Shown here in pieces: positions 28,887 through 38,474 of a stretch of 64,000 nucleotides of DNA. This stretch comes from Candidatus Pacearchaeota archaeon (GTDB taxonomy: Archaea > Nanobdellota > Nanobdellia > Pacearchaeales > GW2011-AR1). Each line of letters opens with the position of its first letter. Position 1 is the stretch's first letter. A program made the translations under genes and the position numbers. Location: assembly GCA_018304105.1 (NCBI GenBank), contig JAGVWX010000020.1:27111-91110 (forward strand). The letters are read 5' to 3'. The notes below the pieces were generated by a model that was not told where the DNA came from, searched no databases, and was given only the letters and a program-made list of their open reading frames with translations.

Positions 28887-31800
28887 TTACAAGAAAAGAG
28901 GTAGGCAGCAAAGTGAAATATTTTATCTTAGCTTCGGCTTTTTTACTAATCGTTATATTCTCTGCGGTCAAAACGACAGCAGTAGATCCAAGCTGGAGTG
29001 TTTCAAGTCCTGTGAATACAACATCTGGACAGGAGGATCAAACACAAGTATATTCTTATAATCTAACGGCAAACATTTCAAATCCAGACCCAAGTATGAT
29101 ATTCGAATTTTATAATTCCCCATCGGGCGATAAACCCATTATTTCAGACGTGCACGGAATAAACAAAGATGTTTCCTTCTTTCATTGGATTTCATTAAAT
29201 GGCACGACGGGCATCTTGAAGATAAATGCAACAAGAGACAACGAAACAGCGATTTATAATATTAGTATTAATCTTGATTTCAACGGAGAAAGCATGGGCT
29301 CAAGAATGTTTGTTTTCAACATCACCGCCATCAACGACCGTCCATACTTTGTAAGTCTGGCAAACCAGTCATTCAATCGCTCAAGTTTGTTTGAATACAT
29401 AGTAAACGTATCCGACGAAGAAAGCAACACGCCTTACTCCATGAACATAACCTTCTTAAACTGCTCGGTGGCTGCCTGGTCAACACGAAACTGCAGCGGC
29501 TCTTACCCTAATTTGACTTTGTTCAATTCTTCGCAATACAGTTTTAGCGGAAACCAATTAAACATTTCATTCACTCCTTCCAGAAACGATGTAGGAAACT
29601 ACACGATAAACTTCACAGTTATCGATTCAGGAAACACAACCCTGCCGCATAACGCCTCAACAAGCCAGATAGTTTTGTTCGAAGTTCTAAACATAAATGA
29701 AATTCCTTATTTTACTTTCGTCTGCAACACAAGCCAAAGCGCAAGTGCAAGGGAGGACTTGCAATTCCCTTGTTATATCAATGCTACAGATATAGATGAA
29801 CTAAACAATTTAACTTTCTCAGCAAACTACACATGGTTCAATTTCTCAGAAAGCAATGCAAGTTCAGTTAATATTTCGGGCCAGTACAATTTTAGCACGC
29901 TTGTAAAAATCAACGCCACAGACCTTCAGGTAGGAAACTGGTCTATAAATATCACAATCACAGATAGGGGCGTGCCAACCGCATCAAACTCAACAATCCT
30001 CAACTTATTTTTCGCGAATATTAACGACTCAGTTTCACTCCAAAGCATACCAGATATCACAGCTTATACCAGCCAGACATATGCCGTTTTGGTAAACGCA
30101 ACAGATAACGACTTGTTAATCCCAGATAAAACAGTTTTAAACGAGGCATTAACTTTCACAACAAATAACACTTTTGTAACAGTCTCGAACCAATTATACT
30201 TTTCAGGAACAAACAGGTCGCAAGTAACCTTGAGTTTCGACCCAAACAATTTCACATCAGGCTTAAATTCAATTAACGTTACTGTCCGCGACAAAGACAA
30301 TAATTCAATTTCTTCGGACATATTCACGATAAACATTTCAGACAACAGCGCGCCATTATGGAACGCAACCATGGAAACAAATTTCACCCTTATTGAAGGC
30401 ACTGAATTTTATTTGAATTTAAGCCAGAATGTAACAGACACAGAAGCTATCAATTTCTCCCTGGCAGTAACAAGCTCATACGAGTTTGACATGACCATAA
30501 ATCAAACAACAGGAGTAATAAATTTCACTCCAACAGATGATGATGTAGGATTTCATGAGGTTACAATAACCGCTACCGACGGCAAAACTCCATCAACAAA
30601 AGGCTTTAACTTCACAGTCAACAACACGCCAGACACTCCGGTATTCAAGGAATTATTTGTCCAGAACGGAACACTAGTTGGCGGAAACATAAACCTCACA
30701 GAAGACACTCCAATAGGATTGCTTCTTCAGATAGAAGACGACGACCTTCTCATAGAACAAACAAATTTCTACCCCGAAAGTTTCACTATCAGCTCAAACA
30801 TCACAGGTCCAAACTCTTCTCTTTTCCAGTTCAGCTTGCAATTCCCCGCACCAAACAATGTCTATCAATTTAATTCATATTTCACCCCAAGAAAAGCAGA
30901 CATTGGCGTATACAACTTAACATTCAATGTCACGGATGCCGCAGGAAAAAGCATGACAGTTTACTTTAACCTCACGATAAACGAAACCCTGCACTCGCCG
31001 AATATAACAACCAGCATCGCCAACACAAACCTCTCTATCTTGAATGAATCCTTTTACATAGACGTAAACGCAACAGACGTAGAAGACGGAGCAGACGGAG
31101 CCAACTCCAATTTAACTTTCAGAATACAAAACCTCACAACGGGAGGAAATTTTCTTACTGTGAACTCAAGTACTGGTGTGATAAATTTCACGAGCAACTC
31201 CAGCCTCGGAGGAAAGTGGCAGTTCAGGCTGTTTGTCAATGACACCGACGGCAGTGAAGATTCTGAATACTTCAATCTCACAATATATAATTATCCGGTA
31301 ATCTCATTGCCCAATTCCACTTACACGTTTCATTTAGTAGAAAATACTACAGCAGTTCTAAACTTTTCAGTAAACCATACTGTGCAGGATAATCTGAATT
31401 TCACACTCCTAGTCAACGGAGTGGTTCAAAACTCCACATTCGGCTATGGAAATAATTCAGCATTTCTATGGAATTACACGCCTGATTTCACGATGGAAAC
31501 CATTTGTTCTGGAGCGGTAAATCTTACCTTGAACGTTTCAAATCCAAAGTTAAGTAACACAACAAGTTGGCTAGTGACAATTAATCATACCAATTCTCCA
31601 CTTACCTTCGCATCAAATATTTCCGCCCAGTCCGGCGGAACACCAATAACATTAGCGCTCTCTAATTATTTCTCCGACGTGGATGCTTCGGATGCCTGTG
31701 CGAATCAAACAGTTGGATTTAATTACACGCAAATAGCCGATTCGGCGTCAGGTGGCGTCATATCTGTTTCAATAGTAAATTGGTCCGGAAGTGGAACCTC

Positions 31801-32680
31801 TCCAAGTGCAACGTTTTCCGCAGAAACCGATGGTTCGGCAAACTTCTCAATCACGGCTTACGAATACAATTCATCAAATTCTTCCCAAGTATTGGCAAGT
31901 CGGGTAAGCAACAACTTCTCTGTCTCATTGGTTGTTGCAGACTCTACTTCTACCCCCCAGGTTAGCAGTGGGGGCGGCGGTGGTTCAAGAACTAGGATTG
32001 TTTCACTTAAGATTTTAGTGCCTGAACCGGTTTCAGCAAAACAAAAAGACAAATTGATTATTCCATTAAGCTTGGAGAACGACGGTGACTTGGACTTGAG
32101 CAGAATTTATCTTGATGCAGTTATTGCTAAAGATGGAGCAATACGCAGCGACTTAGTTGCCTCATTTGACCAGTCATATTTTGAAAGTTTGAAAGCTGGC
32201 GCGAAGGAGAACGTTACGATGGTAGTTGACATAGACACGAGTTCGGTCGGCTTATTTGAAGTCACCATAAACGCGACAGTTGAGTCGCCTGCCTATTTCG
32301 ACTGGGCAAAATTCTACATAGAAATAGAAGAAGACAAGACTGTCTTGGAAAAAATAATTTTCACAGAAGAATTCATAATAGGAAACCCTCAATGCGCAGA
32401 ACTGGTAGACTTGATTAACGATGCCAAAAAATTATTCGATGAAGGCAAAGAGCTCGAGGCTGCGGCAAAAGCAGAAGAAGCTTTAAGCGCATGCAACAAG
32501 GCGATAACCCAGCCCCCTCGGCCAAGAATTTACGAAAGGCTCAGTGATAAATTTATAGGATTCACAGCAATCGCAAGCCTTCTTGCCTTCGGCTTAGGTT
32601 TCGCATATTATACTTACAGGAAAGTATCCCTGAACAGGCAGCTCGGCATAAGCTTTAGGAAAAATTTAATAACGAGCTAG
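28883..32680 (+). CDS. Giant (1266 aa) membrane-anchored cell-surface protein, extremely rich in N-x-S/T sequons; probably a heavily N-glycosylated S-layer/adhesin-like protein
   Basis: Start taken at MITRKEVG (an ATGA overlap with the upstream stop) rather than the ORF-track ATG at 28730. There is an N-terminal signal anchor, roughly a hundred NxS/NxT sites, a Gly linker (SSGGGGGSRTR), and a C-terminal TM helix (FTAIASLLAFGLGFAYYTY). Confidence 0.65.
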   Translation: MITRKEVGSKVKYFILASAFLLIVIFSAVKTTAVDPSWSVSSPVNTTSGQEDQTQVYSYNLTANISNPDPSMIFEFYNSPSGDKPIISDVHGINKDVSFFHWISLNGTTGILKINATRDNETAIYNISINLDFNGESMGSRMFVFNITAINDRPYFVSLANQSFNRSSLFEYIVNVSDEESNTPYSMNITFLNCSVAAWSTRNCSGSYPNLTLFNSSQYSFSGNQLNISFTPSRNDVGNYTINFTVIDSGNTTLPHNASTSQIVLFEVLNINEIPYFTFVCNTSQSASAREDLQFPCYINATDIDELNNLTFSANYTWFNFSESNASSVNISGQYNFSTLVKINATDLQVGNWSINITITDRGVPTASNSTILNLFFANINDSVSLQSIPDITAYTSQTYAVLVNATDNDLLIPDKTVLNEALTFTTNNTFVTVSNQLYFSGTNRSQVTLSFDPNNFTSGLNSINVTVRDKDNNSISSDIFTINISDNSAPLWNATMETNFTLIEGTEFYLNLSQNVTDTEAINFSLAVTSSYEFDMTINQTTGVINFTPTDDDVGFHEVTITATDGKTPSTKGFNFTVNNTPDTPVFKELFVQNGTLVGGNINLTEDTPIGLLLQIEDDDLLIEQTNFYPESFTISSNITGPNSSLFQFSLQFPAPNNVYQFNSYFTPRKADIGVYNLTFNVTDAAGKSMTVYFNLTINETLHSPNITTSIANTNLSILNESFYIDVNATDVEDGADGANSNLTFRIQNLTTGGNFLTVNSSTGVINFTSNSSLGGKWQFRLFVNDTDGSEDSEYFNLTIYNYPVISLPNSTYTFHLVENTTAVLNFSVNHTVQDNLNFTLLVNGVVQNSTFGYGNNSAFLWNYTPDFTMETICSGAVNLTLNVSNPKLSNTTSWLVTINHTNSPLTFASNISAQSGGTPITLALSNYFSDVDASDACANQTVGFNYTQIADSASGGVISVSIVNWSGSGTSPSATFSAETDGSANFSITAYEYNSSNSSQVLASRVSNNFSVSLVVADSTSTPQVSSGGGGGSRTRIVSLKILVPEPVSAKQKDKLIIPLSLENDGDLDLSRIYLDAVIAKDGAIRSDLVASFDQSYFESLKAGAKENVTMVVDIDTSSVGLFEVTINATVESPAYFDWAKFYIEIEEDKTVLEKIIFTEEFIIGNPQCAELVDLINDAKKLFDEGKELEAAAKAEEALSACNKAITQPPRPRIYERLSDKFIGFTAIASLLAFGLGFAYYTYRKVSLNRQLGISFRKNLITS

Positions 32681-32708
32681 AGTTATTTCACTTGTAAGAA
32701 GAGGTAAA

Positions 32709-33731
32709 ATGCCAATTAAAAAAAAGAGCGAATATGATAAATTTATCCCGGAAAAGGCCGGGAGAGCAGACGAACAGGAAATAAAGGGGGCGGCAGAACT
32801 TCTGAGCGCAATGAAATTAGAAGTTGGAAAAGCTTTCTTCGGCCATGAAGAAGTCGTTGATTCATTGTTAAGGGCACTGCTTTGCAACGGGCACGTTCTG
32901 CTTGAAGGAGTTCCTGGAATAGCTAAAACGCTTGCAATTAAGACCCTTGCAAAAATTACTGGCTGTGCTTCAAAGAGAATACAGTTTACCGTGGACTTAT
33001 TGCCTACAGATATCATCGGTCTCACGACTTACGACCCAAACAGGGGCTTTGAAGTAGTAAAAGGGCCCATCTTTGCAAACTTCGTCATAGCTGACGAGAT
33101 AAACAGAAGCCCTCCAAAAACTCAATCCGCTCTTTTAGAAGCAATGCAGGAAAAGCAGGTTTCTATCGGAAAAGAAACATACGATTTGCCAGACCCATTT
33201 TTCGTAATGGCAAGCCAGAACCCTCTCGAGACCGAAGGCGTCTATTCCCTCCCAGAAGCTCAAGTGGACAGATTCATTTTCAAAGTTGTATTTGGTTACC
33301 CAAAACAGGAATTTGAAGAAAGAGTTATGGAAGAAAACACAACCTTCAAGAAATTTGAAGACATAGACTTGAAATCTTTAACTTCTCCGGAAAAGATAAT
33401 CGACTTGCAGCATTTGACTCATAAGGTTTACATCGATGAAAAAATCAAGAAATATATAATTGGGATAGTAAACTTAACAAGAAACAAAAATTTCAAATAC
33501 GGGGAATATATTGAAATAGGCGCATCTCCAAGGGCAAGCATTAACCTTTACATCGCAGCAAAAGCCCAAGCCCTATTGCAAGGAAAGTCTTATGTCATTC
33601 CTTCAGATGTAGACAAGGTGGTTTACGACGTTCTTCGGCACAGGTTAATTCTTACATACAAAGCCCAGGCTGAAAATGTAACTCCTGAAATGATCATTGA
33701 CGAGATTTTGCGGGTTGCTCAGTCCGGTTGA
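32709..33731 (+). CDS. MoxR-family AAA+ ATPase
   Basis: 340 aa with Walker A GVPGIAKT, Walker B DEINRSPPKTQSALLEAMQE, and the MoxR-specific C-terminal helical domain. Confidence 0.85.
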   Translation: MPIKKKSEYDKFIPEKAGRADEQEIKGAAELLSAMKLEVGKAFFGHEEVVDSLLRALLCNGHVLLEGVPGIAKTLAIKTLAKITGCASKRIQFTVDLLPTDIIGLTTYDPNRGFEVVKGPIFANFVIADEINRSPPKTQSALLEAMQEKQVSIGKETYDLPDPFFVMASQNPLETEGVYSLPEAQVDRFIFKVVFGYPKQEFEERVMEENTTFKKFEDIDLKSLTSPEKIIDLQHLTHKVYIDEKIKKYIIGIVNLTRNKNFKYGEYIEIGASPRASINLYIAAKAQALLQGKSYVIPSDVDKVVYDVLRHRLILTYKAQAENVTPEMIIDEILRVAQSG

Positions 33732-34642
33732 TTAAAATGGATAAACAAAGATTTCTGAAGGCAGACATTGCAGGAGCAATTTCAGACTTGCAGGCCTCTA
33801 TGAAAGAGTTTCTGCTCAAGCGCCGGCTCTATCGCCTTTTGCTCAGGGGAAAAGGCTTGGAATTCGAGTCTTACCGCACCTATGCTCCGGACGACGATGC
33901 CGGCTCAATAGACTGGAAAGCAAGTAGGAGGGCAAACTCATTATTAGTAAAACAATATCGCGATGAAAGAAACCTTAGAGTTGTCTTTCTTGTCGACGTA
34001 GGTGCAAATATGGTCTTCGGCTCAGTAGAAAAACTAAAATGTGAATATGCTGCAGAAGTTGTCGCAGCTTTCTCTTATCTCATTACCACAACAGGCGACA
34101 AACCAGGGTTCATTTTTTTCTCAGACAAAGTAAACGATTACATAAAACCCTCGCGTGGAAAAAAACACTTCAGCCAGTTCACAGATTACATCACAGAAAC
34201 GAAAAACTATGGAAAGTTTTCCAATTTAGACATCGGCCTTGAATTTGCATTAAATTATATAGGAAAAGATGTAGAATCGTTGGTTATTGTTTCTGACTTT
34301 TTATCTTTTCAGGAGAGTACTAAAATAAATCTTTCTTTCATAGCCAAAAAATTCGAAACAACGGCTTTAATGATAAGAGACCCGTTAGACAATACTCTTC
34401 CGGATATTTCTGGAGAAATTGTAGTCGAAGATCCAAAATCCGGCCAGCAGCTTCTTGTCAATCCAAAGGTTGCCAGAGAAGCCTATGAAAAATATTCCAG
34501 CGCACAGCAGGAATCTGTAAGAAAAGCTTGCTTGGCCAGCAACATTGATCTTCTGGAAATTCTGACTGACAAACCTTTCGTACCAACACTGTCTAGCTTT
34601 CTGAAGAGCAGGGTAAGGCAAAGAGCGAGGATTCCAATATGA
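33728..34642 (+). CDS. DUF58-family protein (vWA-like partner of MoxR)
   Basis: GKGLEFESYRTYAPDDDAGSIDWKASRR...VVFLVDVGANM, typical of DUF58. The ATGA overlap with MoxR points to translational coupling. Confidence 0.75.
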   Translation: MIKMDKQRFLKADIAGAISDLQASMKEFLLKRRLYRLLLRGKGLEFESYRTYAPDDDAGSIDWKASRRANSLLVKQYRDERNLRVVFLVDVGANMVFGSVEKLKCEYAAEVVAAFSYLITTTGDKPGFIFFSDKVNDYIKPSRGKKHFSQFTDYITETKNYGKFSNLDIGLEFALNYIGKDVESLVIVSDFLSFQESTKINLSFIAKKFETTALMIRDPLDNTLPDISGEIVVEDPKSGQQLLVNPKVAREAYEKYSSAQQESVRKACLASNIDLLEILTDKPFVPTLSSFLKSRVRQRARIPI

Positions 34643-35559
34643 CAATAGAAATCATCAGGCCAGCTTATTTGATTCTTCTTGGAGTCATACCGGTAATAAT
34701 TCTCCTGCATTTTTTCATGTTGAAGAAAAAAAGAAGTCACGCCCTTCGCTTCGCAAACTTTCAGGCACTAGCCAGAGTAAGCGGCGTAGACCTTCTGTCA
34801 AAAAACATTTTTATCTTAATTCTCACAATAGCAATCGCAGCTCTTCTTGTCTTCTCTCTCGCCGGCGTCAAAGTCCAAAGAACAGTTTACTCCAGCTCTT
34901 TTTCTTATGTCATAGCAATTGACTCGTCTTCAAGCATGGAAGCGACAGACTTTTCTCCAAATAGGCTGGAAGTCGCAAAAATCTCCGCAACCGATTTTGT
35001 AAACTCCGCGCCTTCAGGAACAAAAATCGGGGTGATTTCATTTTCAGGAAACGCTTTCATGGAGCAAGACCTGACAGAAGACAAGGACTCTTTGTCCAAC
35101 TCAATCAAAAACATCCCTATAAGCTCAATCGGCGGCACAGATATTGGGGAGGCGATAATCACCGGGACAAACATTTTGGAAGGCGAAGAAGCAAAGTCAA
35201 TTATAATATTGAGCGACGGCAGAATAAACATAGGCACAATTGAAAATGCAATAGCTTATGCAAACAATCATGACGTAACGATTCATTCGATGGGCATCGG
35301 AACCCAAGCAGGCGGGGTAACAAGTTACGGCCTTTCAAAAATAGATGAAGACGCTCTCAAGGCCATTGCGCATAATACTAACGGGAAATATTTTAAGATA
35401 GAATCTTCGGAAGCCATATCAGATTCATTCGGCCAGATAATCGAACTGAAATTCAAGAGAACCAGCGTAGACATTACGCCATATCTGACGTTAATAACCC
35501 TCGTGTTATTCTTTTTAGAATATATCCTGATAAGCACAAGATTTAGAATCTTGCCTTAA
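34639..35559 (+). CDS. BatA-like von Willebrand factor A protein with N- and C-terminal TM segments
   Basis: Two N-terminal TM helices, then a vWA core (YVIAIDSSSSM...GTDIGEAI...IIILSDGRIN, MIDAS-like DxSxS) and a C-terminal TM helix. Its start overlaps the upstream gene. Confidence 0.7.
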   Translation: MTIEIIRPAYLILLGVIPVIILLHFFMLKKKRSHALRFANFQALARVSGVDLLSKNIFILILTIAIAALLVFSLAGVKVQRTVYSSSFSYVIAIDSSSSMEATDFSPNRLEVAKISATDFVNSAPSGTKIGVISFSGNAFMEQDLTEDKDSLSNSIKNIPISSIGGTDIGEAIITGTNILEGEEAKSIIILSDGRINIGTIENAIAYANNHDVTIHSMGIGTQAGGVTSYGLSKIDEDALKAIAHNTNGKYFKIESSEAISDSFGQIIELKFKRTSVDITPYLTLITLVLFFLEYILISTRFRILP

Positions 35560-35646
35560 ATTATAATTTACCTCACCGGTCGCATTACATTCAATAATAT
35601 CTTATCAAAAAGTGTAGAGTTTTATCATCAATCGTATTATTCTTTC

Positions 35647-36573
35647 TTAACCAGCGATTGCTTTTTGAGAGTCTATTTTTTTCTTAATTCTCTCAAGATT
35701 GTCCAAGCTTCCAATTTTCTTATAACTATTCGGTTCTTCTTCAGGATATTTAACTTCCTTTCTCGAAAGCACTTCTTTTTTGTAAGGAATTATCTCAATT
35801 ATTTCCGCGCGCCCGATTTCGTCTTTTTCTTCCACGCTTCTTTTTATAATTTCCAAATCCTTGCTCTTCGGATTGAAAAAGTTCGTCAGAATTCTTTTTT
35901 CGGTATTCGTCTGCATCGCTGGTTTGTTCAAATCCTTGCTAAGATAATTTTCAACCTTTGTTATCTCAACTTCGTCAAACTCCGAAGCAAGAAGTTTCTT
36001 CCTTAGCTCAGAAATTTCAAACCCCCTTCTCAGTCCTTCTTTCATATATCTCAGAATGTTTGCGTTAAGCTCAACCTGGCTATTCTGAGCTGGACTTTGC
36101 TTGACAGCAACTTGAATCTTCGCTTCTTTTATTTCTCTTTTCTCCTTTTTCAAAATAAAAAATCTCATCTCCAAAATAAGTGATTGAAGCAAATTCCGGT
36201 CTAAATTTTCTCCGGAATAAAGCGCTTCCTGCATCTTCTGGCAAAATGCTGCTTCTTTCAGCATTTGCTTTTTGTTCAGGCTCTCGATTAGCTGAGCATA
36301 TTTTCCCATAGCATTTAGGCCGAGTTCTTCGGAAAAAAACTCCCTCGCGACTTTATCCAGCGAGATAACAAATCCGTTAGGATCCGATTGCAGTGCCGCC
36401 GTAGCAGAAAGTTTTCTTTGATAATAAGTCTCCTCGTATTCTTTCTTTACTTTTGCCTTCTTTCCAAGTTTTATCTCTACAACAGTTAAAACTATTATCG
36501 CACTAACAATCAAGACAAGCGCAGCCAAAAAAATCGGCAGCGGAATTGCAAATATCGAAATGTTTAAAGCCAT
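35647..36573 (-). CDS. Membrane-anchored hypothetical protein with coiled-coil ectodomain or cytoplasmic domain (308 aa)
   Basis: N-terminal TM helix (IFAIPLPIFLAALVLIVSAIIVL), then charged helical sequence. Confidence 0.4.
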   Translation of the reverse strand: MALNISIFAIPLPIFLAALVLIVSAIIVLTVVEIKLGKKAKVKKEYEETYYQRKLSATAALQSDPNGFVISLDKVAREFFSEELGLNAMGKYAQLIESLNKKQMLKEAAFCQKMQEALYSGENLDRNLLQSLILEMRFFILKKEKREIKEAKIQVAVKQSPAQNSQVELNANILRYMKEGLRRGFEISELRKKLLASEFDEVEITKVENYLSKDLNKPAMQTNTEKRILTNFFNPKSKDLEIIKRSVEEKDEIGRAEIIEIIPYKKEVLSRKEVKYPEEEPNSYKKIGSLDNLERIKKKIDSQKAIAG

Positions 36574-36622
36574 CTCATTACATTGAATCTTGTATATATA
36601 AAAACTTTATTACTAGGCCAGA

Positions 36623-36973
36623 ATGAAAATTCGCTTCAATAAAAAATCGTTTTCGTTGGATGTAAAGACAGTAAGCCCCTTCGGAAAATTTACCGGTTTA
36701 ATGTTCAAATCCAGAAACACAAGCAATCTCTTGTTCAAATTTCATCAAAACGAGCTCTGCACAATCCACTCTTTCTTTGTTTTCTTTCCATTCTTAGCGA
36801 TTTGGTTGGATAAAAACAATAACGTTCTGGAGTGGAATTTTGTCAGGTCGTTTACGCTTGCAGTCACTCCAAAAAATTCTCCGGCAATGCTCATTGAACT
36901 GCCCCTAAACAGAAAAAACCTCGATATATTCAGTTTATTCGTCGATAAAAAGGAAACATTTAAATATCTCTAG
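36623..36973 (+). CDS. DUF192 (COG1430)-family protein
   Basis: KFTGLMFKS...FLAIWLDKNNNV...AMLIELP resembles the DUF192 pattern (GLM..L..GMLF...WMKNT..PLDI). Confidence 0.5.
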   Translation: MKIRFNKKSFSLDVKTVSPFGKFTGLMFKSRNTSNLLFKFHQNELCTIHSFFVFFPFLAIWLDKNNNVLEWNFVRSFTLAVTPKNSPAMLIELPLNRKNLDIFSLFVDKKETFKYL

Positions 36974-36993
36974 TCATAGCACTACTCATCTAA

Positions 36994-37002
36994 AGGAGGT
37001 GA
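36994..37002 (+). promoter_or_regulatory. Strong Shine-Dalgarno (AGGAGGTGA) 3 nt upstream of a small ORF
   Basis: Perfect anti-SD complement, placed immediately before the ATG at 37006. Confidence 0.45.
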
Positions 37003-37005
37003 GCA

Positions 37006-37143
37006 ATGGGAAAGATTGTCGTAAAAAAGGTCATCACAAGGAAGCCAGGTCATTTATACTATGTTGACGGCCAGGGAAATGTCTGTGAGGCTGTTATGGC
37101 AAGAGGCGGCCGAAAGAAAAAGGCAGCCAAAAAGAAGAGATAA
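37006..37143 (+). CDS. Small basic protein (45 aa) MGKIVVKKVITRKPGHLYYVDGQGNVCEAVMARGGRKKKAAKKKR; not in the ORF track
   Basis: Perfect SD, compact ORF, lysine-rich tail. Function unknown. Confidence 0.4.
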   Translation: MGKIVVKKVITRKPGHLYYVDGQGNVCEAVMARGGRKKKAAKKKR

Positions 37144-37234
37144 TTCTTCATAAGTTTTTACTTTTTATTTTAATTAATTTATTTTTATGATTTTATTTTA
37201 TTTGCGTATCTTATTCGAGGTCTAATACATAAAC

Positions 37235-37777
37235 ATGGAAAATCAAGATGAAAAACTAGGAAGTTGGTTGGCGTGGCTGTTTGGTTTTTACATTATAGCG
37301 GGGATTGCTCTTTCACTATCCTTTTCTGGAAGGAGTGTGACCAGTTTAATCTATGGGGTATTTGAGTTTCTTGTCGGGGGAGTTATACCTGGCTGTGAAT
37401 TTTCAAATTGGACACCATGTTTTTTACACACGGTTATGTCTCTATTTAGCTTGATTCTAAGTATTCTAGCTTTTGCTCTTTTGTTTAATGCAGAGAAAGG
37501 CTGGCCGAGAAACGTCTCAAAGATCGTTCTGATATTCAACCAGATTCCGAACTCAATTTTTCCATTAATTTACCTCTTGACAACCATCTTTCTAGGAGGC
37601 ACAATATCTTCTCTGTTTTATTTTACAGGAATAATTGAGATTATTTTAAGTTTAATTCTAATCTGCTTAATTATTTTCTTTGATAAGGAAAAATCGCCAA
37701 GAACAATCAAAGTGTTTACAATAGTCCTCTTCGTATTAATACTTCTGTTATATTTTGTACCATATATCATCCGTTGA
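37235..37777 (+). CDS. Polytopic membrane protein, unknown function (180 aa)
   Basis: About five TM helices. No motif. Confidence 0.4.
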   Translation: MENQDEKLGSWLAWLFGFYIIAGIALSLSFSGRSVTSLIYGVFEFLVGGVIPGCEFSNWTPCFLHTVMSLFSLILSILAFALLFNAEKGWPRNVSKIVLIFNQIPNSIFPLIYLLTTIFLGGTISSLFYFTGIIEIILSLILICLIIFFDKEKSPRTIKVFTIVLFVLILLLYFVPYIIR

Positions 37778-37850
37778 ATAATCTCCTTATCTCTTCTCGG
37801 ACAGCAAACACGGCGCAAAGTTTAAATAAAGTTATATCCATTGATATAAC

Positions 37851-38138
37851 ATGAAAAACGAAGATGTAAAGGAAATTTTGAGATATCCGAGATTAGATAC
37901 CGTGCTTATGGTAGAATTATTCGTCAAAGAACACGACGGCGAATACAAAAAGAGTGCGCTATGGGAAAAACTGCCAAAGAAAGTGATGTACCAAACGTTT
38001 TGCGTGATAATTGATTATTTATTATACTCACACAAAATTTCGATTGACGCCGAGGGAAAAATTGGCTGGATTTATTATCCGAAAATTGTCCGTAAGTACG
38101 CTGGTCGCACAGATTTAACGTGGAGACCACGATCATAA
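37851..38138 (+). CDS. Hypothetical small protein, possible winged-helix antitoxin partner of the downstream RelE/ParE-like gene
   Basis: 95 aa. A 3-nt gap to the next ORF gives TA-like architecture. Weak. Confidence 0.3.
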   Translation: MKNEDVKEILRYPRLDTVLMVELFVKEHDGEYKKSALWEKLPKKVMYQTFCVIIDYLLYSHKISIDAEGKIGWIYYPKIVRKYAGRTDLTWRPRS

Positions 38139-38141
38139 CAG

Positions 38142-38447
38142 ATGGAACTTCCTTCGACAATTAAATTTGCAGATGAAAAAATAAGAGATTCGTTTGAACA
38201 ACTTGAAAAAGAAGACCCTTTACTCTACAAAACATTATCGCACGCATTTCTCTCTATTCAGCGTAACGCATTCTGTAGCATTCAGATTCCAAAAAATTTA
38301 ATTCCAAAAGAATACACGCAAAAGTATGGCGTTACTAATTTATGGAAGTACGACCTTCCGAAAGGTTGGCGATTGCTTTATTCAATTGCTCGGGAAGAAG
38401 TTATAGTCGTTTCAATTATTTTAGAATGGATGACGGATGACCCATAA
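38142..38447 (+). CDS. RelE/ParE-superfamily toxin-like protein
   Basis: 101 aa. The C-terminal pattern LWKYDLPKGWRLLYSIAREEVIVVSIILEW resembles RelE/ParE (..YRllY.i.dee..v.vl.ig). Confidence 0.4.
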   Translation: MELPSTIKFADEKIRDSFEQLEKEDPLLYKTLSHAFLSIQRNAFCSIQIPKNLIPKEYTQKYGVTNLWKYDLPKGWRLLYSIAREEVIVVSIILEWMTDDP

Positions 38448-38474
38448 AGAATACGAACGGAGGTTTCATTACCA

